A stretch of DNA of 64,000 nt from Scenedesmus sp. PABB004. Its lineage: Eukaryota. The first letter of the stretch is position 1. Each line of letters opens with the position of its first letter. The notes beneath the pieces were generated by a model. That model was not told the origin of the DNA. It made no database searches and was given only the letters and a program-made list of their open reading frames with translations. Positions 1 to 12,688 of the stretch are shown here, piece after piece. The stretch is from the NCBI GenBank assembly GCA_014905635.1, contig CM026547.1:4774001-4838000 (forward strand). The letters run 5' to 3'. A program made the position numbers and the translations under genes.

Positions 1-134
1 GCCGCAGTGGCGGCCGCTCAGGGCCTGGCGCCGCAGAAGCGCCGCACCGGCTCGGCTCAACCCCGGCGCGCGGCGCTGCGTGTTGCAGCAGCGCGGCCGC
101 AAACACAGCGCAGGCCCCTCCCGACCGATGAGAA

Positions 135-1592
135 TCAATGTTGCACAGCCCTGCGCCGCGGCCTCTCACGCCGCGAGCTGCCACGCCACGAGCGCGACCG
201 CGCCGAGCAGCGCCCAGCCGCCCGCGGCCACGCGCCCGCGCGCGCGCGACGCGGCCGCGCCGCCGCCCCGATCGGCGCGCCCGGCGCGAGCGCCGCGCCG
301 CCGGCCTCGCGCAGCCCGCGCGCGCCGCTCGACGCCGCGGGCGCGGCGGGGCCGGGGACGACCTTTGCAAACGCGGCGGCTGGGTCGTCCTTGCTGATCG
401 CATCCATGAGCGGCCAGTGCAGCGCGATGTTGGCCGGCGCGAGCTCGGGCAGGCTGCCCTCGATCGCGCGCAGCACCGCGGCCGCGAGCGCGTCGTTGCC
501 CGCGGCGTTGAGGTGCAGCTTGTCGGGCAGGAGATACTTGGTGTGCCACGCCGGGTCGGCGCCCCAGGCGGTGAAGATGTCGACGTACGCGGCGCCGTTG
601 GCCGACGCGAGGCGCGACAGCGCCGACACGTACTGCGCGGTGTGCGCGTTCTCGCGGTCCCACGGCTTCTGCGCGGCGGCGGCCGCGGCGCGCGGCGCGG
701 CGCGTGTGACGGGTGTGCAGCGCCACGGAGCGCGGCGCGCGCGCCGGGGGAAGGGCCCGGGGAGGCGCGGCGGCGCCGCGCCGCGCACCGGCGTGCTGCC
801 CTTGCAGGCTTCGCACACGGGCGGGGGCGTGATGATGACCCACTTGCTCACGCCCGCGCGCTTGCCAGCGTCGATGATGGCCTGCACGTTGGACTCAAAC
901 TGCGACGGCGAGACGTAGTGCGACCTGCGGCGGCCGCGCGCCCGCGCGCGCGTCGGCCAGCGGCCGCAGCTGCCCAGGCGGCGCCGCTGTCGGAGCCTCC
1001 GCCCCTGCCCCCGCGACCGCCGCCGCTGCTCGCTCCCCGGCGCCGCCGCGAGCGACGCCGCGAGCGCGCGCGCCGCCGCACCCCGCGACCGCCTGCGTGA
1101 TGGAGTCCTTGACGCCGAGGAAGATGATGCCGAGCGTGGGGTTGGCCGCGGCCCAGAGGCTGCCCAGCATGCCGTAGTCGGTGAACCAGGGCGTGTAGAA
1201 GCCGCCAAAGCCGCGGTTGATGATGTCCGCCTTGCGCGTGTAGCGCCCCTGCAGCGTGAGGCCCCAGCCCTTGTTGTCGGGCGAGAACGCGCTCTCGGTC
1301 AGGCCGTCGCCGACGGCAATGAACGACGGCCGGTTGGCCACCGCCGGGTAGGGCGCTGCGCAGCAGTCCGGGCGGCGGCCAGGGGCGCGTCGGCTGCGCG
1401 GCGGCAGCGCTGCCGCCGGTCGCGCTGCAGCGCCGGCGCCGGCGCACGCCGGATGCTGCGCCAGCGCGTGCGCATCCAGGGGCCCGCGCGTGAGCCCCCG
1501 CGCGCGCAGACCCACGCACCTGCGGCGCCCTGGCCGGCCAGCAGCACGAGGCAAACGCCGGCCGCGCAGGCCAGCGCGGCGCAGCGCATCAT
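135..1592 (-). CDS. SGNH/GDSL hydrolase (IAH1-like esterase), likely secreted; multi-exon
   Basis: Exons give MMRCAALACAAGVCLVLLAGQG (signal-like), FIAVGDGLTES (block I), DIINRGFGGFYT (block II), IIFLGVKDS (block III), VIITPPP and LPDKLHLNAAG (DxxH). The 3' end is uncertain. Confidence 0.8.
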
Positions 1593-2204
1593 GGCAGGAA
1601 CTGCACGCCGTGCGCGCGAGTGACGCGACGCCAATGAGCTGCGCAGGAAGCTGCTCCGGCCGCGCGCTGCAACCGTCGCGACGCCTTGGCGAGCGCACCG
1701 CCAGCTCCGGTGGGCGGGCTGGTTGGTTGCGTGCGCGTAGGTTACACGGCGCAGTGGATGCCCAGGGCGATGCGGCAGTTACGAGCGCGGCGCAGGGCGC
1801 AAGGCCCTGGTGCCAGGCCCTGGCCGCACGGCGCACGCAGCGCTCTGCACGCCCAGCCGCTGCGTACAGCCCGGCCACGCCTATGGCAGATCAAGCAGCG
1901 AGAGGCCGTCGTCAAGGCGGCGGCGCGAGCGCGGTGCACAGCCGCAGGGCTCTTTCGCGCAGCGCCCGCGTAGAGTGAGATACGTGCATCAGCAAGAGAT
2001 CATGCTTGCAGCTGGGTCCGACTGCTGCAGCAGGCGCTAGAGGGGTCATCGGCAAGGCAGGGGGTCAGCAAGTGCGTGTGAAAAAGCTGAAAGATCGATC
2101 ATCAAGTGCGTGCCGTCGTCACCGATCAGCGCGTGATGCGCGGTGCACAGAAAAAGCTGACATCATCAGTGCGAGCGCGCCGCGGCGGCGTCCTGCGAGC
2201 CTGC

Positions 2205-3959
2205 TCACAGCGCGGCGTTCACGCGCCGCGCCGCGGCCGCGCCCGTGGACCACGCGCCCTGCACCGTCGAGGGGTAGTCGGTCGCGCACGCCTCGCCCGC
2301 AAACACGAGCCGCCGCCCCGCGCCGTCGGCGCCCCCGCACAGCGCGGCGCGCGAGCCGCCGTTGGCGCCGGGCGGCACCATGGAGTAGGAGCCAAGCGAG
2401 TAGGGGTCGGACGCCCAGCGCGTGATGGCGACCGCCTCGGGCTCGGGCACCGCAGCACCAAACATGGTGCGCAGCGCGCGCACCGCGCCGTCCCGCAGCG
2501 CGGCGTCGCTGAGCGCCTCGGCTGCGATCGCCGAGTTGCCGGCCTGGAACGCCACGATGATGGGCTGCCCAGTGGCCTGCTGGAGGCTGTAAAACTCGAG
2601 CCACTGCACCCCCGGCTGGCTCACGGTGTCGCCCGCGGGCAGCGCGTCGATCCAGTCGGCGCTGTCCGTTGGCTTGGCCCAAAAGTTGGTGGGGAAGCGC
2701 AGCACGACCTGCCGTGCGGGGGCGCGGCGGGGGGCACGTGAGCGACAGGGCGCGTGCGGGGCCGCAGCAGCCACACCAGCCCGCCGCGCCGCGCCCGCCG
2801 CTGCACCTTGTTCAGCAGGCCCATGCCGAGTCGCTCGATCGCGGTGGCGCGCGCGCGCGCGAGCGGCGGCGAGAACATGGCTTGGTGCTTGGCCTTGAGC
2901 ACGCCCAGCGGCAGCGTCACGATGACCTGCTTCGCGGTGAAGCTCTGGCTGCCGCCCGTCACACGGTTCAACGCCTCGACCTGGGGCCCCGCCGGCGGCG
3001 CGCGCTCAGCGCTGCGGGTGTGGTGCGACGGGGCGCGTGCGCGCTGCGCGCCCGCGCCCAGCGCGCGCGCGCCCGCACCGTGGCGCCCGCGGCGGTCGTA
3101 GTGACGCGGCGGACCTCGGTGTTGAGCCGCACCGCGCCGCCGAGCTTAGCGAGCATGGGCGCAAACACGCTCGCGTAGCCGCCCGGCGCGATGCTGTCGC
3201 GGCCCACGATCTCGCGATCATTATCAAACCAGTTGAGGCTGAGGCGCTCCGGGCTGGCTGCGTAGTCTTGCACGTAGTTGCTGTCGATGCGGCCGAGGAA
3301 GCCGCGCCGCGCCTTGACCGTGCGCAGGCGGCCGAGGTAGCCCGACACCGCGCTCGAAAGCGCCGCGCTGTTCTCCGCACGGTTCTGCGTGGCTGCCAGG
3401 TAGTCCTCCCACGCGTCAAAGCTCGCCTGCCAGGCCGCGACGTCGGCGTCGCTCGCGCGCGCGGCGCCGTCGTAGGTCACGGAGTCGTCGTTGCCCACGA
3501 TCGGCTTCATTCCCAGCACGCGCGTCGCGTAGTCGTACACCACGTTGCTGCGCCCGTCGCCGTGGAACCACTGCGCCCCGAGCTGTGGGCACGGGCGGTG
3601 CGGGCGGTGCCAGGCGCAGGCGGTGCGGGCGTCGGGGTGAGGGCGCGGGTGCAGCAGCAGCCGTCAGCAGCAGCGGCGGCGGCCGCGCCGGGTGACGCCG
3701 GCGACGCCGGCGCCGGCGGTGCGCGCACGTCGAGGGGGACGGTCCAGCCGGGCAGCTGGACGGTGTCCACGCGCCCCAGCGGCCGATCACGAGCCTCCAG
3801 GAGCGCGACGCTGCGGCCGCTGGCCACAAGGTCTGTGGCCGCCTTCACGCCCGCGACGCCGGCACCGATGATGATGACGTCGAACGACTCCGCCTGCGCC
3901 ATGGCCGGGCAGGCCAGGCAGGCCAGGCAGGCCAGCAGGGCCGAGAGCGGCCGGCGCAT
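2205..3959 (-). CDS. Flavin-containing amine oxidase (polyamine oxidase-like) with signal peptide; multi-exon
   Basis: DVIIIGAGVAG...LLEARDRPLGRV FAD-binding motif, VIVTLPLGVLK, LGMGLLNK, TRWASDPYSLGSYS, LVFAGEA...TVQGAWSTG. Confidence 0.9.
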
Positions 3960-4363
3960 GAGCGCGGCGAGTCCTGTTGCGCAGGGGGCAGCCGCGGGTG
4001 GACCGCAGGCGTGGAGAGGTGCGTTAGTCTGCCGGCAGCAGCCCGCGCCGGGCAGGACCCTCCGCGCTGCACCCTACGCACCGGTCGCAAGTGACGCCAC
4101 TGCGCCGCTCCCCGCCGCCTGCTGCGGCTGCTCGCTCGCTTCGACGCAGGTCTCGGCACCTCTGCGGGCGCGCGAGAGAGCTGCCCTGCACCTCCCTGGC
4201 AGGGCAGCACCGCCGCCGCCGCGCGCGACCCGCGGCGTCAGGCGGCCAAGGCTGGCGGCAGCGGTCGTCGGCGCGTGTGCTGCGGGCGTAGCAGCACCGC
4301 TGCGTTACAGCGGCGCCACACACCTGTACACGGCGGCGCCTTGCGGCGCCGCGGGGGCCCGGG

Positions 4364-5675
4364 TCAGTCGTCAAAGTCGCTGCTCTCGTCCTCGCTGCCG
4401 CGCGGCGCGCCGCCGCGCCGTATGCTGCTGCGCGGCGGCGGCGCCTCGTCGTCGCTCGCGTCGTCGCGCCGCGCCGCGGCGGCGGCGCTGCTGCTCACGA
4501 CGTCGGCCGCGCGCAGGCGCGCCTCGAGCGCGGACGTCGAGAAGTCGTCGCGGCCGCCGAGGCCCTCGAAGCCCACGACGCGGTCCACGCTCACGCCGTG
4601 CTTGAACATCACCACCGCCGGCAGCACCTTGATGCCCAGCTTCACGGTGAAAAACGGCGCATCCTGCGCGGAGCGGGCACGGCCGCGGGCGCGGTCACGG
4701 CCGCGGGCGCGGTCACGGCCGTGGGCGCGGTCGCGGGCGCCGCGGGTGAGCGCCGGCGGCGCCGCCGTGCCCCCGCCCGCCGCGGCCGCCGCCGCGCGGC
4801 GCGCGCGGGCGCGGGCGCGGGCGCGGGCGCCGCCGCACCGGCGCGGAGAGCTTGACGAAGCGCGCGTCGATGTACTTTGCCGCGAGCCCCGCGAGGTGCT
4901 TGTCCACGATGCGGCAGCGCTCAAACTCCTTGTGGAAAAAGTGCACGACCACGTTCTCCGCCTTGGTCACCGTCTCCAGGAACTCGCCCTCGGTGATCTC
5001 CTCGTACCGCCCGTGCCCCGCCGCCGCCAGCGCGGCGCGGCGCTCCGCCTCCTGCCGCATCGCCGCGAGCCGGTCCCTGCGCGCGGCCGCGGCGCGCGCG
5101 CCTGGTGGTGCTGCTGCTGGTGGTGGTGCTGGTGGTGGTGCTGTTGCTGACTACTGCGGCAGCTGCCGCGGCGGCGGCAGCGCGCCGCGCCGCGCCGGCG
5201 TCCGCGCGGGCTCGCGCCTGTGCAGCGCCTCCAGCTCGGGGTCGTCCAGCAGCTCGTCGACGTTCACGTCGGTGCCTGCGTTGGGGTCGCCGCGCTGCTG
5301 GCTCTCCTCCAGCTCCTGCGGCGCGGGGGCGGCGCGGCGCGGTCCGCCGCTGCTGCGCCGGTGCCGCCCGGCGGCGCCGGGCGGCGCGCCGGCGGCGCCG
5401 GCTCTTGCCGGGGCCGCGGCATTCAAACTTGTGCGCTCCCGGCACGCCGCGGGCCGGCGCGGGCGCCCCGCGGCGCCGAGGGACGGCTTTGGCGCGCCGG
5501 CCAGCGCCCACCTGCGCGTAGTCCCGCGCGGCCGCCATGAAGGCCTGACCGTACGCGATCGAGTTGAACGCACTGCCCAGCTGCTTCTTGTCCTGCGGAC
5601 CCGCGCCCAGCGTGAGCGCAGGCGCCGGGGCGCGGCGGGGCCGGCCCGTGGCCGACGCGCGCGCACCAGCGCCAT
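4364..5675 (-). CDS. TXNDC9: Phosducin-like / thioredoxin domain-containing protein 9 (PLP3); multi-exon
   Basis: DELLDDPELEALH, GHGRYEEITEGEFL, VVVHFFHKEFERCRIVDKHL, APFFTVKLGIKVLP, DRVVGFEGLGGRDDF; TGTAA on the minus strand at 4305-4309. Confidence 0.9.
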
Positions 5676-6221
5676 GGTGGGCGAACTTCCAGCTGCTGGG
5701 CACGCGCCCTGGCGCCGGGGGCGGCGGCCGGCGGGCAGGCCGGGGGCGGGGCGGGGAGCGCGATCGCGGAGCGCCGTGCGCTTCGTGGCGTGGGCGGGCT
5801 GAGCGGGACGGAGATGAGGGGGAGCGACAGCGCGAGCGGGCGGGCGAGCTGCCGCGGCGCGCGCCGCGGGCGGCGGCCGCGCGGGCGCTTCGTGCGGCGC
5901 AGGCCCGCGGCGCAGCGCGGGCGGCGGCAGGCCGCGGAGCCCCCGCCCCAGCTCACTCTCTCCCACTCTCCCACGCGCCACTCGACGCGGCAAACGCGGC
6001 GCCGCACCCCGTCCGCCGCGCGCGAGTAGCGGCGAGCGGCGGCGGCGAGCGGCAGCCCCGCGCCGCGCCGTCGCCGCGCCGCCGCCGCTGCATTGCGGGC
6101 GTGCGCGTCTGCTGCAGCGCGCACGCCCACCCGCAGCGCGGCGCCCGCGCTGGGCAGGGCAGTGCCAGCAGAGCAGCAGCAGCGGCGTGAGCAGCAGGTC
6201 CGGCCGACGCAGCGCCGCCCG

Positions 6222-7289
6222 ATGGCGGCCGCCCAGGCGCAGCCGCGCCGCGCCGCGGAGCTGCGCGAGGCGTTTGGCCTGCCCGCGAGCGAGGAGCTGC
6301 AGGGCGGGTTCAGCTGCGCCCACACCGCGCCGCGCTGGGGCGCGCACTACGCCCAGGGCGTCCTCTACGTCTTCTCGTCCGTCCTCGTCTTCCACGCCAA
6401 CCTGCTCGCGGTCATCAAGGTCGAGCGCATACGCTTGCAGGACGTGCGCGTCGTCCGCAAGCGCGCCTTCATGCGCCTGCCCAACACCATCGCGGTGCGG
6501 CGGCGCCGCGCCGCGGCACAGGGGGGGGGGGGGGGGGGGGCACGGCGCCGCACGGCTCGCGCCCCCTCGGCGCGCGCTGCCGGCCTGAGCGCGCCCGCGC
6601 GCGCAGGTCGCGTGCTGCGACGGCCGGGGCGGGCTGCGTGAGCACGTGTTCACGTCGTTCCTCTTTGCCTCGCGCCGCCGCGCGTACGACCTGCTCGTCT
6701 GCCGCTGGCGCGCCGCAAAGTGCGCCGCGCCGCGTGCGGGACTGGCGGCGGCGCGCTGCACGCGGCCGCCCCGCGGCCGAGCGCCGCACCCGCCCGCCCG
6801 CGCGCCCGCCCGCGCGCCCGCGCGCCCGCCCGCGCCCGCAGCCCCGCGGCGGCGGAGGAGTACCTGGCACGCGCCGCCACGCTCGGCGCGCGCCTGGCGG
6901 CCGAGACGGCGCGCCTGCACGGCTGCGCCGACGGCGCGGGCGGCGACGCCGACGGCTGCGGCGGCGCGCGGCCCCTGCTGCACGGGCTCGGCGGCCGCTC
7001 GATGCGGCGCGGCAGCCTGGGCCGCGCGAGCGGCGCCAGCTCCGGCCACGCGCCGCCGGGCGCGGCGCTGCCGCCGTTCCCCGCGTGGTGCGAGCTCGAC
7101 GCCGCCGACGCGGCGGGGCTGCTCGGGCCGCCGGCCGCGGGGCTCGCGCTCGTCGCGGCGGCCGAGGTGCCGGGCGTGACCGCGCGGCAGTTTGCCGACG
7201 TGCTGCTCGGCGACGGCTCGGGCTTCATGCCCGCCGCGCTCCGCGCCCAGGGCAACGAGGTGCTCTCGGTCACGCCCTGGGCGGTGCGC

Positions 7290-7332
<43 letters not shown>

Positions 7333-9184
7333 GGCGCAGCGCGCAGCGGCACAGCGCGCGGCGCGCGGCGCGGCCTGCTGCACGGGGCCCAAGCGCCGCC
7401 CGCCCGCCCGCGCGCCGCAGGCCGTGGGCGCCGGCCCGGGGCAGCGCCGCGCCGTGCACACGCCCGCGCCGCCGGGCGCGCTGCTGCGCTCGCTGAGCTA
7501 CATGCACCGCAGCGGCGGGCGGCTCGTGCGCGTGGAGCAGGAGCACGTGCTGCTGCCGGGCGCGGGCGGGCGGCTCGTGCTGCTGGTCAGCCAGCGCATG
7601 CCCGACCTGCCCGCGGGCGTGGGGCGCTGCTTCAGCGTGATCTTTCGATTCGACGTCGCGCCCCGCCCCGGCCGCGCCGCGGCGGCGGAGCCGCGCACGC
7701 CCGCCGCGCAGCCGCGCGGCGCGGCGGCGCCCGGGAGCCCCTGCGCCGCGGGCGGCGCCACCAGCAGCGGCGCCAGCGGCGGCGGCGCGGCGTCGTGGGC
7801 GCCCTCGGGCACGGAGGCATCGACGTGCGACAGCACCGCGCCCTGCAGCGACAGCGGGGACGAGAGCTGCAGCGGCGGCGGCGGCGGCGGCGGTGGCGGG
7901 GTGGGACTGCCGTTGCTGGCGGAGGCCGCGCCGGCGGCTCGCTGCGGCGGCGGCGCGCCCAGCGCTGCGAGCGGGGACGCCAGCGTCGCCGGCGGCAGCA
8001 GCAACGGCGGCGGCGGCGGCTGCGTCGCCGCGCCCGCGAGCCTGGCCTGCCCTGGCGGCCGCGGCGCCAGCCCCTTTGGCGGGCGCGCGCTGAGCCCGCT
8101 CGGCGAGACGGCGCGGGGGCTGACGAGCAGCATTCGGGCGCACTGCAGCAGCGCGCGCCAGGGGCTGCGCGAGCTGCGGCGCGGCAGCAAGGCCGCCGCC
8201 TCGCAGCCGCTGCCTGCCCTGGACCTTGGCGACGCGCCGGCGCGGACGTGCACCGGGTCGGACCCCGCGCTGCTGGCGAGCCCGCCGGGGGCGCCGGGCG
8301 CCGCGCGCGGCGCGCGCGACGGAGCGCTGTCGGTGCTGACGGCGCCGCCCAAGGCCGGGGAGGCGGGAGCGCCCGACCCGGGCGGCTCGCCGCCCGTGGC
8401 GGCCCGCCCGCACGCCCTCCAGGCCGCAGCCAGCAGCGAGCTGGGCGGCGGCGGTCCGCCGCCGCAGGGCAGCCCGCTGGACGCGTCGCCCGCGCCGCCG
8501 ACGCCCAAGCAGGTTCAGCAGGCCGCGCCGGCTGCCGCCGCCGCAGCGGCGGCCGGCGGCGGCGGGCTGCACACGCCGCCGCGCAGCGCAGGCGGCAGCG
8601 GCACCTGCAGCGGCGGCAGCGCCGACGCGTGCGCCGAGGCGTGCGCCGGCGGCGGCCCCGACGGCGGCAGCCCCGGCGTGTCGTGGTGCGTGCGGCTGTG
8701 CGTCGAGTTCAGCCGCTACCACGTGGCGCGCGCGCGCGTCGAGCGAGACTGCTTCGCCGGCGCCGCCGCTTCCCTGGAGGGCATCGTCGCGCTGGGCGTC
8801 GCGTGGCTGGCGGACGAGCGGCTGCGGCTGACGCTGGCCGACGTCCGCCTGGCGGGCCTGCGCGGCCACCACCGCCGCTCGGGCAGCGCCGGCAGCGCCG
8901 GCGCGCACCCGGCGGGCCCGCAGGCCGGCGACGCGCCGCCGGACGGCTGCGGGCCCCCGCCCCGCGCCGGCGCGCTCGCGCGCGCGCTGGGCGCCGGCGC
9001 GCGGCGCTGCGGGCGGGCCTGCGGCGCCGCGTGGGCGGGCCTGGGGCGCGTGGGCGGCTCGCCGCAGCTCGTCGCGGTGCTGGTGCTGGCGCAGCTGCTG
9101 CTGCTCGCGCGGCTGGCGGCGCTGCAGGGCCGCCTCGTGGCGCTGCTGGAGGCGGGGGGAGGCGGACGCGGCGGTTCAGTGTGA
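6222..9184 (+). CDS. GRAM-domain plus VASt-like sterol-transfer protein with C-terminal TM helix; multi-exon
   Basis: LREAFGLPASEELQGGFSCA...QGVLYV...VFHANL...PNTI...HVFTSFLFASRRRAYDLL (GRAM). FADVLLGDGS...VTPW...RSLSY...MPDLP..CFSVIFRF (VASt-like). C-terminal LVAVLVLAQLLLL. Confidence 0.7.
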
Positions 9185-9496
9185 CGGCAGAGGTTCAGGG
9201 CCTGGTTGGCGCAGGTGTAGCTTGACGCGTGGGCCCCTCCCCATCCCCCCTCCCCTCACCCGGCTTGCTCCCGCTGACGCCGCTGCGCAACGCAGCGCCG
9301 CCGCCAAACGAACGCCGCTGCGCGCCGCTGCTCGCAACAGCAGCCCGTCCCGCTCGCGCCAACGGGACGTAAGGCGCGGGAACGCGATCCCCGCTGCGCC
9401 CTGGACACAGCTCGCCGCTGCGCGCGCCGCTCGCCGCTCGCCGCGCGCCGCTGCTGCCGCCCGCGCCCGCGCCCGCGCCTGCTGCGCGGCGCCGGC

Positions 9497-10485
9497 ATGG
9501 CGTCCGTCCGCGTGCGAGCCCAGTGCGGCTGCTGCCCGCCCAAGCTGTCCAGCCGGCGCGCCTGGTGCGGCACGGCCGGCAGCGTCCCGCGAGCGGGTCG
9601 GCCCAGCGCGCTGCTGCCGCCACCCCGACACCGTGCGCGGCGCCAGGTACGACAAGCTTTATGCCGGCCTCATCAGCCGCTCCGCGGCGCGCTACAACCA
9701 GCTCCTGGACGGCCGCAAGCGCGCGCTGCTGGCGCCGGTGGCGGAGGGCGAGGGGCGCCTGGACGTGCTCGAGCTCGGCGTCGGCTCCGGCGCCAACCTC
9801 CCCTATTACGCCCGCCGCAAGGTGACCGGCAGCGCGCAGCACGCGCAGCACGCACGCGCGCACGACAGCCGGCGGCCCGGGGCGAGCTCTGCGCTGTGCG
9901 CACGCAGGGCCTGCGCCTGACGGGGCTCGACCCCAACCCTGCGATGCAGCCCTACCTGCAGGCCACGGCGGCGGCGCAGGGCCTGCCCGCCGACGCGCTG
10001 ACCTATGTGCAGGGCGTCGGCGAGGCGCTGCCGCTGCCAGACGCGTCGCAGGACGTGGTGATCTCGACCCTGGTGCTTTGCTCGGTTGAGAGCCAGCGGG
10101 AGGTGTTGGCAGAGGTCCTGCGCGTCCTCCGCCCGGGTGCGCGCCGCCGCGAGCGCGGCTCTCCCGTGCTCCGCCCGCGCGCGCGGCGGCCCGCAGCGCT
10201 CCCTGCCTCCTCCTTACGCCCTGCCCTCCCTCCCCCTCCCCAGGCGGCGCGTTCCTGTTCATGGAGCACGTCGCCGCGCCGCTCGGCAGCTGGCCGCGCA
10301 CGCTGCAGGAGCTCGCCAACCCGGTGTGGTCGCGCGTCGCCGACGGGTGCTGCGTGAACCGCGAGACCTGGCTGACCATCGCCGGTGCTGGCTTTGACTC
10401 GCTCGCGCTCGACCACTTTTCTGCCACGGCGAACCCGCTGGCCGCGCTTATCACGCCACACATCGCCGGCCGGGGCGTCAAGTGA
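9497..10485 (+). CDS. SAM-dependent methyltransferase type 11 (METTL7-like); multi-exon
   Basis: VLELGVGSGANLPYY, GLDPNPAM, GEALPLPDASQDVVISTLVLCSV, EVLRVLRPGG, FLFMEHV, DGCCVNRET. Confidence 0.9.
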
Positions 10486-10654
10486 GCGGGCGGCGGCCGC
10501 CGCCGCGCGTGGTTGACAGCGGCGGCGCAGCGCGGCGCCCGTGGAAAGGAACTGGCTTCAGGCTCATGCCCGCCCCGCTCTCGCACGGGGTTTAGGTCCG
10601 GCGGCGCGCGGCGGCGACGCAAAGGCGCGCGGCCTTGTGCTTGCCCTCGCGCAC

Positions 10655-10856
10655 CGCCCACCCAGAGCCGCAGCAGCCGAGCTGGCCGCCGCACTCCGCC
10701 GTGCTCCGCAACCGACGCCGCTGCCACACGCCGCCGCGGTGCGGGCAGCGCCAGCGCTGCGCTGCGCGGCGCCAGCCATGATCGCGCGCTCCCAGTGCGC
10801 CCGACCGGCTCCCCGCCTGGCCGGAGGGCCGCGGCCGCGCCTGCGCCGGCCCCGCG
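10655..10856 (+). repeat. Copy 1 of a duplicated 5'UTR + transit-peptide module
   Basis: Aligns with 12475-12688 (cagagccgcagcagccgagc..ccgccgcactccgccgtgctc..gccgctgccacacgccgccgc..atgatcgc..tgcgcccgaccggc..gcctggccggagggccgcggccgcgc). Confidence 0.9.
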
Positions 10857-12385
10857 GCGCGCCGGCGGGGGCTGCGGGCGAGGCAGCGCCACCGCTGGGC
10901 GCTGCCGGTGACGCGCTCGGTGGCTGGCCGGAGGGCGTGGACGAGCACACCCTCAGCTGGCGCGGCCACGATCGTCCCGAGCCCGTGGCGGCGCCAGCCG
11001 ACGCGCCGGCGCTGGTCATTTTGCCGGGTGCGGCGCGGGCCGCTCCTGTCGACCCGCTGCCGTGGCGCTGGCGCCGCGCTACCCGGCGCAGCAGCAGCTG
11101 CCAAACGCCCACGCCCACATCGCCGCAGGCTTTGGCAACTGCACCACCGACTACACGGCCCCGTTCGGGCGGCCAGATGCCAGCATGGCGGCAGCGCTCG
11201 AGCGCCGCGGCTGGCTCGTCACGGCGGCAGAGGTCGAGGTGCGCGGGGGAGGGAGGAGCTCGCTAGCAGCGCCGCCGCTGCCGCCGACCGGCCCACCGCG
11301 CTTGCTGCCTACCGGCCCACCGCGCGTGCCGCCAACGCCCGCGGCCGCGCAGCGCAAGGATTGGTTTGCCGTGGCGCGCAGCCTGCTGCGGCCGATTAAG
11401 TTTTCTCGGGGCGAGTTGACGACGGATCCGGGCTACACCTGGTGCGGCGCGCTTGCGGCGTCGGGCTGCGCGCGCGGCGGCGGGCTGGCGCGCGTGCGCG
11501 GCGGCGTGGCGCAGGGCGCGCTGCACGCGCCGCCCAGCGCACGCGCCTGGGCCTGGCGCCGCCCCCGCGTCGCGCGCGCCGCTCGCCAGGTACCTGAAGC
11601 GCGTGGCGGCTGCCGTGGACGCGGCGCGCGAGGCGAGCGGGCGGGAGCGCGTGGTGCTGCTGGGCCACAGCGCAGGCGGCTGGCTCGCGCGCGCGTTCCT
11701 GGCGGACGCAGAGTTCCTGCCGCCGGAGTTGCGGGACGAGGCCCGCGAGCGCCGGCGCGCGGCCGACGCGGCGGCGCGCGCCAGCGGCGACGGCTGGGAC
11801 AGCGACACGCTGGGCAGCACGACGTGGGAGGAGGAGGAGGCGCTGGGCGGCGGCGTCGCGCTGCTGCCCAACCCCGCGGTCGCGGCGCTGGTGACGCTCG
11901 GCACGCCGCAGCGGCCGCCGCCGGCGGGCAGCGGCGCGCGGGACATGACCGGCGGCGCGCTGGGCTGGGTCGACGCCGCACTGCCGGGCGCCGCGCACGC
12001 GGCCCGCGGCGTCGCCTACGTGAGCGTGGCGGGGCGCGCGGTGCGCGGCGACGACGGCGCGCCCAAGGGCAGCGCGGCGCACTACGCGGCGGCGAGCTAC
12101 CGCCAGGTGTGTGGGTCGGGGACGGGCGTGGTGGGCGACGCGGTCGTGCCGCTGGCGCTCGCGCACCTGCCGGGCGCGCGGCGGGTGACGCTCGACGGCG
12201 TGATGCACAGCATGGCCCGGCTGAGCACGTTTGACGAGGAGGCGGACGAGGGGCACGTCTGGTACGGCAGCGACGCCGTGCTCGACGCCTGGCTGGGCGC
12301 GCTGGTCGAGGAGCTGCGCGAGGCGCGCGCGCCCGCCGCGGCGCCGGCCGCTGCGGCGCCGGCCGCCGCGGCGCAGCGCGGCTAG
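10778..12385 (+). CDS. Alpha/beta hydrolase (PGAP1/lipase-like), probably plastid-targeted; multi-exon
   Basis: LVILPGFGNCTTDY, VVLLGHSAGGWLAR (GxSxG), LVTLGTPQ, YVSVAG, GDAVVP, LDGVMHS, WYGS. Confidence 0.85.
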
Positions 12386-12474
12386 CGGCGGCGAGGGGTC
12401 GGGCGTGTGCCCTGGAACGAGGTTCACCGGCACGCGGCGCGCGGCGGTGCCCCGGACGGCGCTGGGCCCGCTCA

Positions 12475-12688
12475 GCGCCCACGCAGAGCCGCAGCAGCCG
12501 AGCCCGCCGCCGCACTCCGCCGTGCTCGCGCCGCGAGCGGCGCCGCTGCCACACGCCGCCGCCGCGGGTGCCGGCGGCGCATGCAGCGCTGCGGCGGGGC
12601 GTCATGATCGCTCGTTCGTCCCAATGCGCCCGACCGGCGCCCCGGCGCCTGGCCGGAGGGCCGCGGCCGCGCGTTCGCCGGCCCCGCG
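12475..12688 (+). repeat. Copy 2 of a duplicated 5'UTR + transit-peptide module
   Basis: See 10655-10856; encodes MIARSSQCARPAPRRLAGGPRPRVRRPR. Confidence 0.9.

Noticed and set aside
9497..10485. Selenoprotein methyltransferase or other UGA read-through, given PSTK in the window
   Set aside because: No in-frame UGA at a conserved Cys position and no SECIS-like element recognised
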